Positions 14,669 to 33,533 of a DNA stretch of 64,000 bases are shown here, piece by piece (the stretch's first letter is position 1; each line of letters starts with the position of its first letter). A program made the translations under genes and the position numbers. The DNA comes from the human T2T-CHM13v2.0 reference genome, Homo sapiens, in NCBI RefSeq assembly GCF_009914755.1, contig NC_060930.1; one strand, written 5' to 3'. The notes beneath the pieces were generated by a model that had not been told where the DNA came from, made no database searches, and saw only the letters and a program-made list of their open reading frames with translations.

Positions 14669-15023
14669 CGTATTAGTCCGTTTTCATGCTGCTGATAAAG
14701 ACATACGCGAAACTGGGAACAAAAAGAGGTTTAATTGAACTTACAGTTTCACATGGCTGGGGAGGCCTCAGAATCATGGTGGGAGGTGAAAGGCACGTCT
14801 TACTTGGCGGCAGCAAGAGAAAAATGAGGAAGAAGCAAAAGCAGAAATGCCTGATAAAACCTTCATATCTCGTGAGACTTATTCACTATTACGAGAATAG
14901 GATGGGAAAGACTGGCCCCCATGATTCAACTACCTCCCACTGGGTCCCTCCCACAACACGTGGGAATTCTGGGACATACAATTCAAGTTGAGATTTAGAT
15001 GGGGACACTCCCATACCATATCA
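14669..15023 (-). mobile_element. THE1 solo LTR
   Basis: Reverse complement of THE1: GTATTAGTCCGTTTTCATGCTGCTGATAAAGACATA...TTGAGATTTAGATGGGGACAC..ACCATATCA. Confidence 0.92.
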
Positions 15024-15799
15024 GCTGTCCTGCATAATTTTGACTTTTTCTGCTCCTATAGCTTCTGTGTTTCCCGTCCAGTGAAGCCCCAGCTTACCTT
15101 GTGCTCCTTGGCCAGTGTCCTAATCAGGCTAAGTTCTCCTCTCCTCTGCCCAAAGGGAAGGGAGAGATTCAGGCTCTATCCCTGAGCTTTAGGACAAAGT
15201 CAAGGTTATCTGTACCACTACCCTGTTTCCAGTTTAGCTTACCTGTAGGGTCCACCTGTCAAGTTCCTTTGAGTAATTATGCTCATTAGTTTCCTGAACC
15301 ATACTAGCGTTCTAGCAATTTCTGAGGAACAGCTTCCTGTATTCTGCTGTACAGGTAGAAAACCAGGCTGTTGAGTAAGCTGCTCTGGCACACAATGAGA
15401 GCTCAAACTCGTGGGCTTAAGACACACTCTTAATTATCCCCTTGAGCACCTGATATTATTTGAAAGGACCTCTTTGCAAGTCCTGGAATGTCTCATCCAG
15501 TTGATGAGAAGAAGGCCAAGGGGGTTTCTATATAATCCATATTAACCCCTCTATAGCTAAATAGAAAATTGGGTTACCATGTCTGTGCAAGATCAGAAGT
15601 TCCTGCTGTGACAGCGTGGCAATTTACTTCAGCTTCCTGGATCCCTAAAGCATGCAAGTCAGTACAAGGAGCATGGCACCAACTTTCTTGTGTTGGACCT
15701 AGGCTACAACACAAAAATCCCACCTACCAATTCCATAACAGTCTGCCTGGCCTCACCCTAGACTAGGTGTCTTCCAAGGCCTGGGCAGGCAAGGTTCAT

Positions 15800-16090
<291 letters not shown>

Positions 16091-16847
16091 GTTAGGTTCA
16101 TCATTTAATCACAAAGTACACAATAATAATGGCTACCATTCATTGAATAATTGCTTTGAAGGTCTAGGTATGCTTAAGCCTCACGAGTACTCTACACAGA
16201 AGGTGTTATTATTCCCATTTTATATATGAGGGATATGAGACGTTGAGCCCAAGGACACACATTAAGTGGTGGAGCTGGAATTTTATTAATGGCCTGTTGG
16301 GCACCAAAGTGTGTGCTTTAACATCTCACAAGTGTTGGATGAAGGCACCAGCTTCTCTGGACCTACTTTTTCTTGTTGGGGAAAACAAAAAACAAAAACC
16401 TTTTGATAATAAAAACCTAAAGAGAATAAAAAAGCTACAGTAAACTTCTAGCTTGAAACATTTAGCTTACTTACAGGAATAAGGGCCTCTACACATTTTA
16501 TATATCTTAAAACAATATCTATAAATGGCAAAATAGCACAATAAGTTATTATACTTCACTTAAATATGATAAGTGAGTAAGTATGTAAGTATGATGAAAG
16601 TTAATTCCATAGTATAGACCCATTGGGAGCATATAATGAATTGAATGTTACCATACAGCAAATTTGAGGTGTTTTTCAATACATGTCATTTGGCAGTGGC
16701 TTATTGGAAAATTATGGGCCACAAATAAAACTGATGCAAATATACAATGATATACAGTCAATTAATAATGATGTGCTTAAAGTCACTTATAATTCATTAT
16801 AAACATGGTTAAATAGACATTTGATCATTAAAAAGTAAAATCTTCCA

Positions 16848-17340
<493 letters not shown>

Positions 17341-18064
17341 AACTGGTATTCTTAGTAGAAGATCTTTCTTATCTCAAATCTTTCCACACAAATGGCTGCC
17401 TCACCCCATGTGTATTCAAGGCATCTTTAGCCTTAATTGGTTTGCAAATCAGCTTGGATTTAGCTAGCTATCAGAGGTTCTCTGCCCTTGAGGGGGACAG
17501 AACAATAGTTTAACAACCTGACAAAAGCTTCTGAAGATCATTGTGAAGTATTGAGAAGAGAGAGTTTAATAAGGGACTTAGAGAATTTTAGGTCAAGCAT
17601 TATCTAGTAGATACCAGAGAGTGAATGGTCTTAGATAGCAGACCAAAAACCCCTTACTAGGGAGAAAAAGTGACTTATTAAGTTCACAGCAGGTACTCAA
17701 TAAATATTTGTTTAATAAATGTTTGTTTAATGGTTATAATTACCATTGACAACTATAACTGAACTGCCAAAATACTAGTATTAAATTTTTGCATTACTAT
17801 TCATACCTACTCATCGTCCTTCTTTTCTCTCATAAGCTTTAAATCTTATTAATATCTTGGGAATTAGATTAACCACTAGGAAATCCAAGTTATTCTGTTT
17901 TTAATTCTATGAATATTAAAACCACTTTTTTGAAGACAATCTGATTTTGAATGTACAGCAATACTGTTTGTAGATCATAGATGACCCTAGATGGATAACA
18001 TAATTTTTCTTACAGTTGAAGTTCTTACTGTATACTAATATTGATGTTTCAAAGACAATCTTCT

Positions 18065-18418
<354 letters not shown>

Positions 18419-20056
18419 TCAGTCTTCTTGATATGTGTCATACGTGAAGGAGCACCCCAAAGCCACCTAAATACTTAGAAAAGAAACCCATCTAGAAACA
18501 TCTAGATGTTTGAATTTTTAAATTGAAATCTAAATATTTGAGTGATAACCTGTCAAACTCAATTGGACTTCATAAGCCCAAGGAAGGCAATTAGCTATTT
18601 TAAGGAAGTTTGTGGCAATGAAAACCATGTTGTGAGCGTTTAAGAAATCAGTGAAGAGATTGGAATTCGTTCTAGAAAAAAAAATCTCTATCAAAGAATT
18701 CCAAGGGCTTATATTTAGAACACCCTAAACAGCTTTAATCAACACTGCTAAGACCAAGAAGAAAAGAATGCGGTCTATGTTCCTCCCTCACATGTTTTTG
18801 CTGTTTTATCCCTCAATTAAATATATAGAAAAGACTGCCAAAAGACTTAAGAAATTTACTGTTGTAGATCTTTTAAATTTATGTTCACAAAATATCAACC
18901 CATAATTCTGTTGTCTCTGTAATTTCTCTCAGGAAGAGTTAATAAATGTGTATTATGACCACTTACTAATAACTGATAGCTAAAAGGCAGCTGTTATGAA
19001 TAATTTTACATGCAATTAATGATATTTAAAATTCACATCGTATTGGAAATTAGAATATCAATGAAACTTTTATTGTGGTGATTACTTGCCACTTTAGCCC
19101 ATCAAAAATGTATGCAACTAGTTTTTACAAATTTTAGTGGCTTCTTTCAATTGAATATGATCCAGAGACAGCAAGGGTAGAGATACTAGACATTGATCTC
19201 ACTAAAAAGACAGTGGAAATGGAATACAAATGCAGATAATTATATGTATTTAATACATAGTAAATTTTAAAACATTACTTCTTCCCTAGAAATTTGTTTA
19301 AATTTTGGTGAAAATTTAAAAAGATATTTAGTCTATAATGGCTAAGATAATTGATTCATACATCTAATCTTTCATTTCAAATAGCCCTGAGGAGGGTCAA
19401 GAGGTTAGATAGTCCACCCTCAAGTCCATTCAACTAAACAGTTATTGAGCGCCCACTCCCTGTCAGGCATGGGGCCAAGCACTGCAAAGACACAAAATGA
19501 ATAAGACATTGTCCACCCTCAATAACTGTAGTCTAAGTTAAAGGGGAAACGACTATGGTACAAGTTCCAATACAAGCTTAAATAAATATGTTATTTAAAA
19601 CATCACATTTAGCACCTTTGTCTTCTAAGAGGGTTGCCATAATTCACATCACTGAGAAAACAAGTTGCTATAAAGCTTACTTTCACTGATAGAGATTTAG
19701 TGCTGGAGATGGGCAAGAAAAAAGAAGAAAGAAAAATGAAATAAAGGGGAAAAAGATAAATTGTGAAGCCTCTGCTAGGTCTTCCAAGATGCCCAAGGGT
19801 CAGAGGCAAAGGTGCTTTGTTTTTGTTTGTTTTTGTGTTCCCAGCAGAGCACATTAATGAGGGTTTGGATTTTGGACTAGAAAACTAAACTGCTCTGTGT
19901 AACAAAGGAGAGAACTGGAAGTTCTGGTGCCTGAGGAGTAGGAACTTGGAAACAGACAGGGATTGGTGAGGACAGGGCTTGGCAGCAGGTAGGAGGCTGG
20001 AGCTGGGAGGAGCAGGGGCCCTGAGCAAGTCCACAGGTGGGGTGGGGGGCACCTGA

Positions 20057-20594
<538 letters not shown>

Positions 20595-20787
20595 TGAACA
20601 TCCATGAAATGTGAGAAGTAACTGGAATTAGAGAACTCGGAACCAGCAGAAAGCATGAGAACATACATCCCAAGAATTTCCAAAAATATAAGGAAGAGCA
20701 TTGAACTTCCTAGAGGATATGGAATCATGAACTTGAGTACAGTCAAGGTGAGGGTGATATTTGCATTACATAAAAGTGGTATGAGAT

Positions 20788-20917
20788 GGGAGGCTGAGGC
20801 AGAAGAATAACTTGAGCCCGGGAGGTGGAGGTTGCAGTGATCCAAGATTGTGCGACTGCACTCCAGCTTGGGTAACAGAGGGAGACTCCATCTCAAAAAA
20901 AAAAAAAAAAAAAAAAA
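20788..20917 (+). mobile_element. Alu right-arm fragment (5'-truncated)
   Basis: GGGAGGCTGAGGCAGAAGAA...CTCCATCTC followed by poly-A. Confidence 0.88.
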
Positions 20918-21102
20918 GTGACACGAGATAACTGTTCCAGAAGAAGTTCAAAGTGCTGTAAGACTCCCAAGAGGGGGATATGACACCAAGCGGAGTGGAC
21001 AGGAGGAAGAGGAGCAGGGCTGGGTATGCTTTCTATATTAGTTCATTTCTCCTCAAATCCTTTTGCAATGAGGAAGGATACTTTAAATAAGAAACACAAT
21101 TT

Positions 21103-21607
<505 letters not shown>

Positions 21608-22336
21608 TCAGTGCCAGAGCTGGCACTGAAGTTTGGCCTTGGATTTCAGTAGGCAAAGGTAAGGTGGGAGGGGAGGACTCAGCAGGCAGAGGGAACAATC
21701 AGAGCAAAGGCAGGAAGGCAAGAACATACTAAATAAACATTTACAGAACAAAACTGGTCTCCACCCCATGCCCTCACTATAGTCTGGACCAGATGCAGGA
21801 ATAGGATATAGTGCAGTTTGATAGATCCGTGGTGTATCACAGATGGCAATGGAGGGTCAGGACTCTGGAAGGTAATAGTGGTCAAGTTGTGGAAGGTTTT
21901 AAAAGATGGGAAAAGCTTATATTTGATTTAATAGACCATGTGGAAATTTTGAAGCTGTACTTTCAGAAAATTAACCTGACATTAGACTGAAGGGTAGCCC
22001 AGAACAGAGCATCTTAAACTTCATGTAATGCAGACTTCTGTATTTCTAAGTCTAACATTCTGCATTTCTAAGAAGCTCTCTAGAGATTCTGACACAAGGA
22101 AGCTGGAGTGGGCTCTTCCCGATCTCCAGCAGCCCAGATTCCAAGCCAGCAGTATGCCTGAACCACTTAGTCTCCATGTTGAGGGATGACCGTGACTGAG
22201 GGGACTGGTGACAATGTCCAGTGCTATGGAGAGCTGCAGAATATTAAGAAATGGGAACAAGCTGTTGTGTTTGCCAGTTGGGAGTCATTAGTGACCTTAG
22301 GCTAGAGAGAACAGCTTTAGTAAGAAGGTGAAGGTA

Positions 22337-22639
22337 GGCCAGGTGCGGTGACTCACACCTGTAATCCCAACAGTTTGGGAGGCTGAGGTGGGTGGATCAC
22401 CTGAGGTCAGGAGTTTGAAACCAGTCTGGCCAACATGGGAAACCCTGTCTCTACTAAAAATAAAAAAATAAAAAATTAGCTGGTCGTGGTGGCAGGCTCC
22501 TGTCCCAGCTACTCGGGAAGCTGAGGCCGGATAATCACTTGAAATGGAGAGGGAGGTTGCAGTGAACCAAGATCACGCCATTGCACTCCAGCCTGGGTAA
22601 CAAGAGCAAGACTCCATCTTAAAAAAAAAAAAAAAAAAG
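22337..22639 (+). mobile_element. Alu (AluS-like)
   Basis: TSD AAGGTGAAGGTAG. Confidence 0.93.
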
Positions 22640-23577
22640 AAGGAAGAATAAAGGTGAAGGTAGAAGCCAGATTACAAGTAGTGAAATAAATGGTAGGTGG
22701 TGAAGGAAAGAAGCAGCAAACTTCAAGTACTTTCTGAAAATCTCAAGACAAAGAGAAAACGGAATCTTGAGCCCTCAGCAGGATTGAGGGAGGGATTCAT
22801 GAATAAACTGAAGGAAATATTTGCTTTGTAGAAAAAGAAAAATTTCCCAACAGAGAGATAAGAGAAAGGAAATCTTCCATTGCTACTCACAAAGACATTT
22901 CTATTTTTGAAGGGACTTTTTCCAGCCTGCAGTAAGATTTCACTGGGCCTGGACATTGTTTTTAAAACATTTTAATGAGTTGCCGCATCTGTTTCTAAAG
23001 GGAAAGTTTTGGTTTTTCAAAAAATCCAGATTTCTATCTTTTCTTGAAAAATGGTACAGTCTAGTAACACTGGGTATACACTCCCACATGCAGCTGAATA
23101 GGAGCTCCCCCTTCAAAAGAGGAAGTCAGCCAGGCTTATTTCAATCACTGTTATTTGCCTGTCTCTACAGAAACTGCATGCTTATTTGACGTGTTTGTGT
23201 GTGTGTATATACATATACAGACAGCAATCTGTATGTGTAAATACTGGAATTCCAGGTGAAAATTCATGGTGTAGAGATATTTTATGGTGAAAGAGACACT
23301 CCTGAGCACCCCTTAAATTTTGCAATGTGGCTGGGCCTCTGCGTTGCCGAGGTATAAGTCTGTCCTCTGTTCATCCTGAGAGAGTGCCCCTCCTAGGGAT
23401 ACCATGAATGATGGAGCCCAGGAAGAGAGCAGCAGAGATACTTTACATTCTGTGGGATACATTAGAAAGACATCAGTGAGCCCTTCTAGCTGAAAAGCAG
23501 CAGAAGTTTTTCTGAATTCCTTGGAGCAGCTGCTGCTGTGAGCTTTCACTGGCTGCTGGCTATACAAGCTTGTCTAG

Positions 23578-23738
23578 ACCAAGTAGTTCTCGATCTTAAC
23601 TGCGCATTAGAATTACTTGGGAACCTTAAAACGTGGGTGTCCCAGAGATTCTGAATTAATTGGTTTGAGTGAGTCCTAGGTACTGCTTTTTAAGCTTGGC
23701 AGGTGATCCTAATATGTAGTCAGATTAATTGCCACTGC
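23578..23738. mobile_element. MER5-like hAT DNA transposon
   Basis: GTAGTTCTC...ATTAGAATTACTTGGGAA...CCCAGAGATTCTGA..TAATTGGT...CAGGTGATCCTAAT. Confidence 0.65.
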
Positions 23739-24349
23739 AATGCTTTGTGGCATTAACCCCTTCCACTCTAGGCTTTGTAGACTCCCGAGACAGCACCTTA
23801 GACATTTGGTTAGAAATTGTGCTTCTTGGTGCCCTCCTTGACCCCTGACTCCACTGTGATCACCACAGCTGCCTGCCTGGCTGCTCTTTGCACCTAGCAC
23901 TTAAGCCCTCATGACTGAATTTAATGATCTGGAAATTTTATTCTCAGTTGGCAGCACTGACCATTTGGCCTAGGCTCAAAAAAGGATAATGTAGCCTCTC
24001 TCTTACTGGAGCTACAACAAAGACTCAGAAAAAACGAAGTAGAAGGACTGTATACTGAATGAAAGAAGTTTACAAAAAAGAAGTGAAACATGGGTGGGGT
24101 GACTAGTTGTCCCAAACTGACTAGGGCTGTCCTAGATTTTGCCTTTTCGATGGATTATTTTGGGGTAATCGTTTAGATTTCTTATCAGAAGATTAGGAGG
24201 CTTAGAAAAAAAGGTTATTTGTAAATGTGTTAGCTGGTGGGTTGAAAGTGGGGGATGAATTGGAAAATAAATAGTGGTTATCATCTTAGAACTCTTAGCA
24301 ATGTTCCTGTGGGGTTTTTTTGTTGTTGTTGTTGTTTTTACCATCTGTA

Positions 24350-24710
24350 ACAACTCTGTCCAGTAGAACTTTCTCAGACAGTAGAAAATTTCTGTGCTAT
24401 CCAATACAGTTGTCATTAATCCCCTGTGGCAATTGAGCAGTTGAAATGTGGCTACTATGACTGAGGATCTGAATTTTTAATATTATTTCATTTTAACTAA
24501 TTTAAGTGTAAATGAAAATTAGAGCCAGGTGCCATGTATCTCATCTGTAGTCCCAGCTTCTCAGGAGGCTAAGTCGGGACGCTCGCTTGAGGCTAGAGTT
24601 TGAGACCAACCTTGGCAACATAACAAGACCCTGTCTCTAAAAAATGTTTTAAAAAAGGAATAAAAAAGAAAATATCCATGTGGGTCTAGTAGCTACTTAC
24701 TGAACAATAA
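24350..24710. mobile_element. MER3-like DNA transposon with an Alu monomer (about 24521-24670) inserted
   Basis: CTGTCCAGTAGAACTTTCT...TTGAGCAGTTGAAATGTGGCTA..GACTGAGGA.CTGAATTTTTAA; resumes at CCATGTGGGTCTAGTAGCTAC. Confidence 0.7.
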
Positions 24711-24910
24711 GAGTTGCTGTTTTCTGTGTTAGACATATGTAGGGGTGACTCCTCTCCCACAGGTCCTTCACAGAGAAACGATCTCATGCATCTCTTTTGG
24801 AAGGAGCAGCCCTAGTAGCGGGCATAGCAGATTTGACAGGGCGTGGGGGGAGCGTGACTAACAATCCATCCAAACTAGGTCAGTTAGGTTCTCTCTTTAA
24901 AGAATCTGGA

Positions 24911-25204
24911 GGCCAAGCATAGTGGCTCATGCTGTAATCTCAGCATTTTGGGAGGCCATGGTGAGAGCATTGCTTGAGCCCAGGAGTTCAAGACCAGCCT
25001 GGACAGCGTAGTAAGTCCTCATTTCTATAAAAAATAAAAAATTAGCCGGGCATGGTGGTGCGCCTGTAGTCTTAGCTACTCGGGAGGCTGAGGTAGGAGG
25101 ACTGGTTGAGCCCAGGTGTTCAAGTCTGCAGTGAACTATGATTGTGCCATTGCACTCCAACCTGGGTGACAGAGTGAGACCCTGTCTCCAAAAAAAAAAA
25201 AAAA
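24911..25204 (+). mobile_element. AluJ
   Basis: Sense dimer with poly-A. Confidence 0.9.
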
Positions 25205-25952
25205 GTCTGGAATTAAGATACTAAAAGACTGTATTCATTTGGTAATGGTGAGTTGAACCATTACCAGTAGGGTTGTCAGTACAGGCTGTGCCATAGGAGA
25301 CCAAGGCCATTTGCAACATCAGTTATGGGGGAGCTGGTAGGGATTAGAAATCATGTAGTAAAAGGAGGACAGGAGGGAGGGAGGGAGGGAGGGAGAGAGA
25401 GTTGTCTCATGGGAGACAATAATGCTTTGGTCCTAACGTTTCCATTCTAAGGCCAAGGTCACTTGAATGTTTTTGTTTCTTATTCTTGGATGTCCATGAG
25501 AATTTCTGTTGTAACCTTTCAATAACTCAATTACTGGAGCTAGTTTAATATGTTTCCACATCTTACAATTAAAGAGCTTTGTTGAAGACATTGTTTCCAA
25601 TTTGGGAGTTAGAGAAGAGAAAAAAACAATAAAGCAAGATATGGAGGAAGGATAAAAGAAAAACCGGAAAATTCCATGAAAATTCTAGAAATAATGGTGA
25701 TATATAGTATAATAAGCCAGTTTAGAAGAGTCCTCATCTTCATTTGACAAAGAATGATCCTCCTTCATATGAGGAGTTTGTTGTCTTTGACCAAGTTTTG
25801 GGAGGGAGACACATGAGACTTGCCACATGATGGTTTCCAATAAATATTTGATGAATGAGTAAATAAATGAATGAATGAATAAAGCAGCAGTGGGGACATG
25901 CAACAACTTCCTAGAACAGTCTAATCAATCCTTTTTTTCAAGATTTTTTTCA

Positions 25953-26292
<340 letters not shown>

Positions 26293-26854
26293 TTAATTAT
26301 TAATCATCTATTAGTCTTGTCTTCCCATTGTTTCTTTTTAAAAAAAAACATGAAATTGAGATATAATTCACATATCATAAAATTCACCATTTTAAACTGT
26401 GCAATTCAGCGGTTTTTAGTGTATTCACGAGATTGTGCAATCTTCACCACTATCTAATTCCAGAACATTTTAAATCACCTCCCCCCAACACACACACCAA
26501 CTCTGCACCAAATAACTGCTTACCTCCTGTTAGCCTCTGAAAACCACAAATCCACCTGCTTTTCCTGTGGATTTGCTTGATCTGAATTTATCTGCTATCA
26601 TATAAATAAAGGTACACAATATGTGGCCTTTTTGTTCTGGCTTTTTTCATTTAGAATGATGTTTTCAGGATTTATTTGTGTTATAACATGTATCAGCATT
26701 TATTCCTTTTTATGGCTGAGTAATAAACTATTGTGTAGATGTACCACATTTTATTTCTTCACAAGCTAGGTTGTTTCTACCTTTTGACCATTATGAATAA
26801 TGCTGTTATGAACATTTATGTACAAGTTTTTGTGTGTGCATATGCTTTCATTCT

Positions 26855-27164
<310 letters not shown>

Positions 27165-27207
27165 TAGTACTCTTGGGTATATAACCAAAAATGGAAATGC
27201 TGGATCA

Positions 27208-27573
<366 letters not shown>

Positions 27574-28286
27574 TTAAAAAAGAATGTAAAATATATATTT
27601 AACTTGTTGAGGAACTGCCAAACTGTTTTCCACAGAAGCTGTACCATTTTAATTCTCGCCAGTAATGTATGAGGGCTTAAGTTTTTCCACATCCTCATCA
27701 AGACTCATTATTGTTCATTTTTTTGATTATACCCATCCTAGTGGGTGTGAAGTAGTATCTTATTGTGGTTTTGATTTGCCTTTCTCTGATCACTAATGAG
27801 GTAAAGCATCTTTTCATGTGCTTATTGGCCATTTGTGTATCTCCTTTGGAAAAATGTCTATTTAAATTCTTCGCCCATTTTAAAATTGGATTTTTAAAAA
27901 TTGTTGAGTTTTAAGAGTTCTTCACACATTCTGGATATGTGATCTTTATCAGTTGTATGATTTGTAAATATTTTGTTTCATTCTGTAAGTTGTCTTTTCA
28001 CTTTATTGTCCTTTGAGGCACAGATGTTTTAATTTTGATGAAATCTAATTTATCTGTTTTTTCTTTGGTTGCTTGTGCTTTTGGTGTCATAGCTGAGAAA
28101 ATATTGCCTAAACTACAGTCATGAAGCTTACACCTGTGTCTCCTAACAGTTTTATCATTTTTGCTCCTACATTTAGGTTTTAATCTATTTTGAGTTTTAA
28201 TATAATGGTATGAGATAGGGGTCAAATGCATTCTTTTCCATGTGAATATCCAGTGACCCAGCACCATTTGTTGAAAATACCATCTT

Positions 28287-28654
<368 letters not shown>

Positions 28655-29278
28655 TCAGTTCACCATCAATGAATGGGTTTATTACTGGACTCTCAATTCT
28701 ATCCCATGATCTATATGTTTATCCTTATGCCAGTACCACTGGTTGTAGCTTTGTAGCAAATTGAAATCAGGGAGTGTGAGTCCTTTAACTTAGTTTTTTT
28801 TTTCAAGATTGTTTTGACTTTTTGGGTCGCTTTCATCTCTATATAAATTTTAGGATCAGCTTGTCAATTTCTGTGAAAAGTAAGTTAGAATTTTGATAGG
28901 GATAACATCAAACCTGTAGATCATTTGAGGGAGTGTTGTCATCACCACAATATTAAGTGTTTCAATCTATGAACATGGGATGTCATTCTATTTGATTAGA
29001 TTTTCTAAATAAAGTTTTCTTTCAACAATATTTTGTAGTCTTCAGTGTACAAATTTTGCATTCCTTTAATTAAACTTACTACTAAGCATTTTATTCTCTT
29101 TTTCTGAGTATTAAAATTTGTATTAAGGTATAATTGACAAAAAATATATTTAGGTGAACAATGTGATGTTTTGAATATGTTTACATTGTAAAATGATTAT
29201 ATCAAGCTCATTAACATATCATCACCTTACATACTTATCATTTCTTTGTTGTAAGAAACTTTAAGATCTAATCTTTTA

Positions 29279-29572
<294 letters not shown>

Positions 29573-29977
29573 GAGTTCTAATCTTTCACCCGCTTCGGCC
29601 TTCCAAAGCGCTAGGATTACAGGCGTGAGCCACTGTGCCTGGCCTGATATTTCTTCAAGATACTGATTTCCTTTGGATATATACCCAGAAGTGACATTGC
29701 TGGATCACATGATAGCTCTATTTTTAATTTTTTGAGGAACCTCCATACTCTTGTCCATAATGCCTGTACCAATTTACATTCCTATCAACCGTGTATGAGG
29801 GTTCCCTTTTCTCCACATCCTCGGAACACGTTGTTATCTTTTGCCTTTCTGAAAATTACCATTCTAACAGGTGTGAGGTGATGTCTCATTGTGATTTTAA
29901 TTTGCTTTTCCTTGATGATGAGTGATGTTGAGCATTTTTTTCATAGGCCTGTTGGTCATTTGTATGGCTTCTTTTGA

Positions 29978-30306
<329 letters not shown>

Positions 30307-31429
30307 TGCCTTTGCCCATTTTAAAATCAGGTTGTTTTCTCGCTATTGAGTTGTTTGAATTCCTTACATATTTTGGGTCTTAACCCCTGATCAGATGTAT
30401 GGTCTGCAAATATTTTCTCCCATTCTACAGGTTGTCTCTTCACTCTGTAGGTTGTTTCCTTTGCTGTGCAGAAGCTTTTTAGTTTGATATCATTTCTTTT
30501 GTCTATTTTTGCTTTTGTTGCCTGTGCAAAAATTCTTTTTGATGTTATTGGAGTAGAATTTTAAAAAAATTTTCATTTCAGATTTTTCATTGCTAGTATA
30601 TAGAAATACATCTGATTTTTATATATTGATATTATATCCTGCAATCTTTTTGAATTAGTTTATTTGTTCTATTAGCTTATTAGTGGATTCTTTTGCAGAC
30701 ACCCATGTCTTGTTCTTCATCTTAGGGGAAAAGCTTTCAGTCTTTTACCATTAAGTATGATGTTACTGTGTTTTTTTTGTAGCAGCCCTTCATTAGGTTG
30801 AGGAAATTCCCTTCCATTTCTAGTTCCCTTGTATTCCCAGTTAATCATGAAAGGATAATGAATTTTGTCAAATGCTCTTTCTGCATCTAATAAAATGATT
30901 ATGTGGATTTTTCTCTTTATTTAATTTATATATATTAATATAATTAATTATTTAACATTAATTTTTATAAGTTGAAGCAACTGTGCATTCCTGGGAGAAA
31001 TCCCACTTGCTTATGGCGTATAATTCTTTTTACATTATTTCTTAAGGGCACAGAGTTTACTTTTACTTCTGCGTATCATCTAAGGCACTCAAGCCATACT
31101 ACAATTGGATCAAGAACTAGTGCCCAAGACATGTAACCATCATTATTATTGCTATCCTCATAAATGAGAGCACAAGGTGATGACATTCTGAACTAGAATG
31201 ACAAGCCCAAATGAGAAACCTCATTTTAAGGAATGAGATAAAAGTTGGAGATAAGGCCATATGGGATTATTACATTTCTCAATGTTGTTGAATAATCCCT
31301 ACATTCTTGGAATATGCCTTGCTTGATCATGATACTCTATTCTTCATTTTTATTTTCTATATTTCTTAAGCATAGCCTGACAACTACACTTTATTTAAAA
31401 AAATGTTTTATTTTTTAAAACAGGAAAAA

Positions 31430-31490
31430 ATACACATATATATATACACACACATACATATATATACATACATATATATGTATACATATT
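31430..31490. repeat. (TA)n/(CA)n compound microsatellite
   Basis: TACACATATATATATACACACACATACATATATATACATACATATATATG. Confidence 0.85.
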
Positions 31491-31842
31491 TATCTAAAGT
31501 ATTTGGCTTAATGAATTCTTAAAAATAAAACACTAATGTAACCAGTACACAGGTCAAGAAGCAGAGCATTATCAGCCCCTCATAAGGCCACTATCGTGCC
31601 CCCTCTCAGTCACTACCCTTCACTATCCAACAGGAATAACCACTATCCTAACTCCCAACACTGCTGATTAGTTTAACCTGCTTTTAAAACTTTGTGTAAA
31701 GGAATAATAGTCACCCTCATTTCACTCAATACTGTATTTGTGAGATTCATCATGTTGCATGCAGCTGTTGGTTGTTTTTCTCCTTGGTGGATAATAGGCC
31801 ATTATATGAATGTACCACATTTATCAATTTATTCTGATGTTA

Positions 31843-32207
<365 letters not shown>

Positions 32208-32515
32208 ATATGCACAGTCAGTGCTCCTGTGAATATTTTGTACATGTCTCTTGGTGAATGTATCTCCCTTTTCTGTTGGGTATATACCCAGGATGGAATT
32301 GCCATCCTAGAGATCCTCTAAGATAGAGGAAAAAATAGAAAAGTTTTTTCTATTCATTACAGTGCAGACAACTGCATTTTTAAAATAATGACTTCGATTT
32401 TCCATGAGTGTTTAAATATCATAGTGTTATTTTTCTCCTTCCAGGAACATGTAATAAGTTTTTAAGTAAAGTATTAGCATATAATATAACGCTTTATTCT
32501 GGAATTGTCTATAGC

Positions 32516-32810
32516 TACACTGTCTAATACAGCAGCCACTAGCCATAGAAGGCTATTGAGCACCTGAAATGTTGGGTAAATGTAAAATACAAAATAGACT
32601 TACAAGATTTAGTACGAAATAAAGAATGTACAATGTCTTATTAATAATTTCAAAATATCCATTACAGGTTGAAATGATAGTACTTTGGATATACTGGGTG
32701 AAATAAAACATATTATTAAAATAAATCTCACCTTTTTTAAAAAAATGTGGCTACTAGAAATTTTAAATTGGACGTGTTGTTCACAATTTTATTTCCTTCG
32801 GACAGTGCTG
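32516..32810. mobile_element. MER33-like DNA transposon
   Basis: CTGTCTAATACAGCAGCCACTAGCCA...AATGTGGCTACTAGAAATTTTAAATT...GGACAGTGCTG, with inverted termini. Confidence 0.72.
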
Positions 32811-33152
32811 GTCCGAATTAAATACATGCAATTAAATTACAATGCATGCAATTAAATACATGGATAAGGATTGTTTTAATATTTCAAATGTACATTACTT
32901 GCAGTTCTGTTTGACAAAGGACAGGTCATGGGCTACTTTGGACGATTTAGTATTGGCACTTTGTGGCTGGCACATTTATTTAAAATATATTAAATACTCT
33001 TTAATTTGATAAATTGTATTATTTTCTTTTTAGGTTAAACTTCCACATTGCTTACATTGTACATGATGATATTCCTGAGGGAATAAGAATAGATAACAAA
33101 AGTCTATTTGGAAATTGAAGGACTAGGATTGGATATGAAAAATATTAGTTAA

Positions 33153-33533
<381 letters not shown>

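Noticed and set aside
32816-32862. Short AT-rich repeats (AATTAAATACATGC; also about 31860-31892 and 58349-58393) as CRISPR-like or regulatory arrays
   Set aside because: They are two or three imperfect slippage copies with no unique spacers, in a eukaryotic context.
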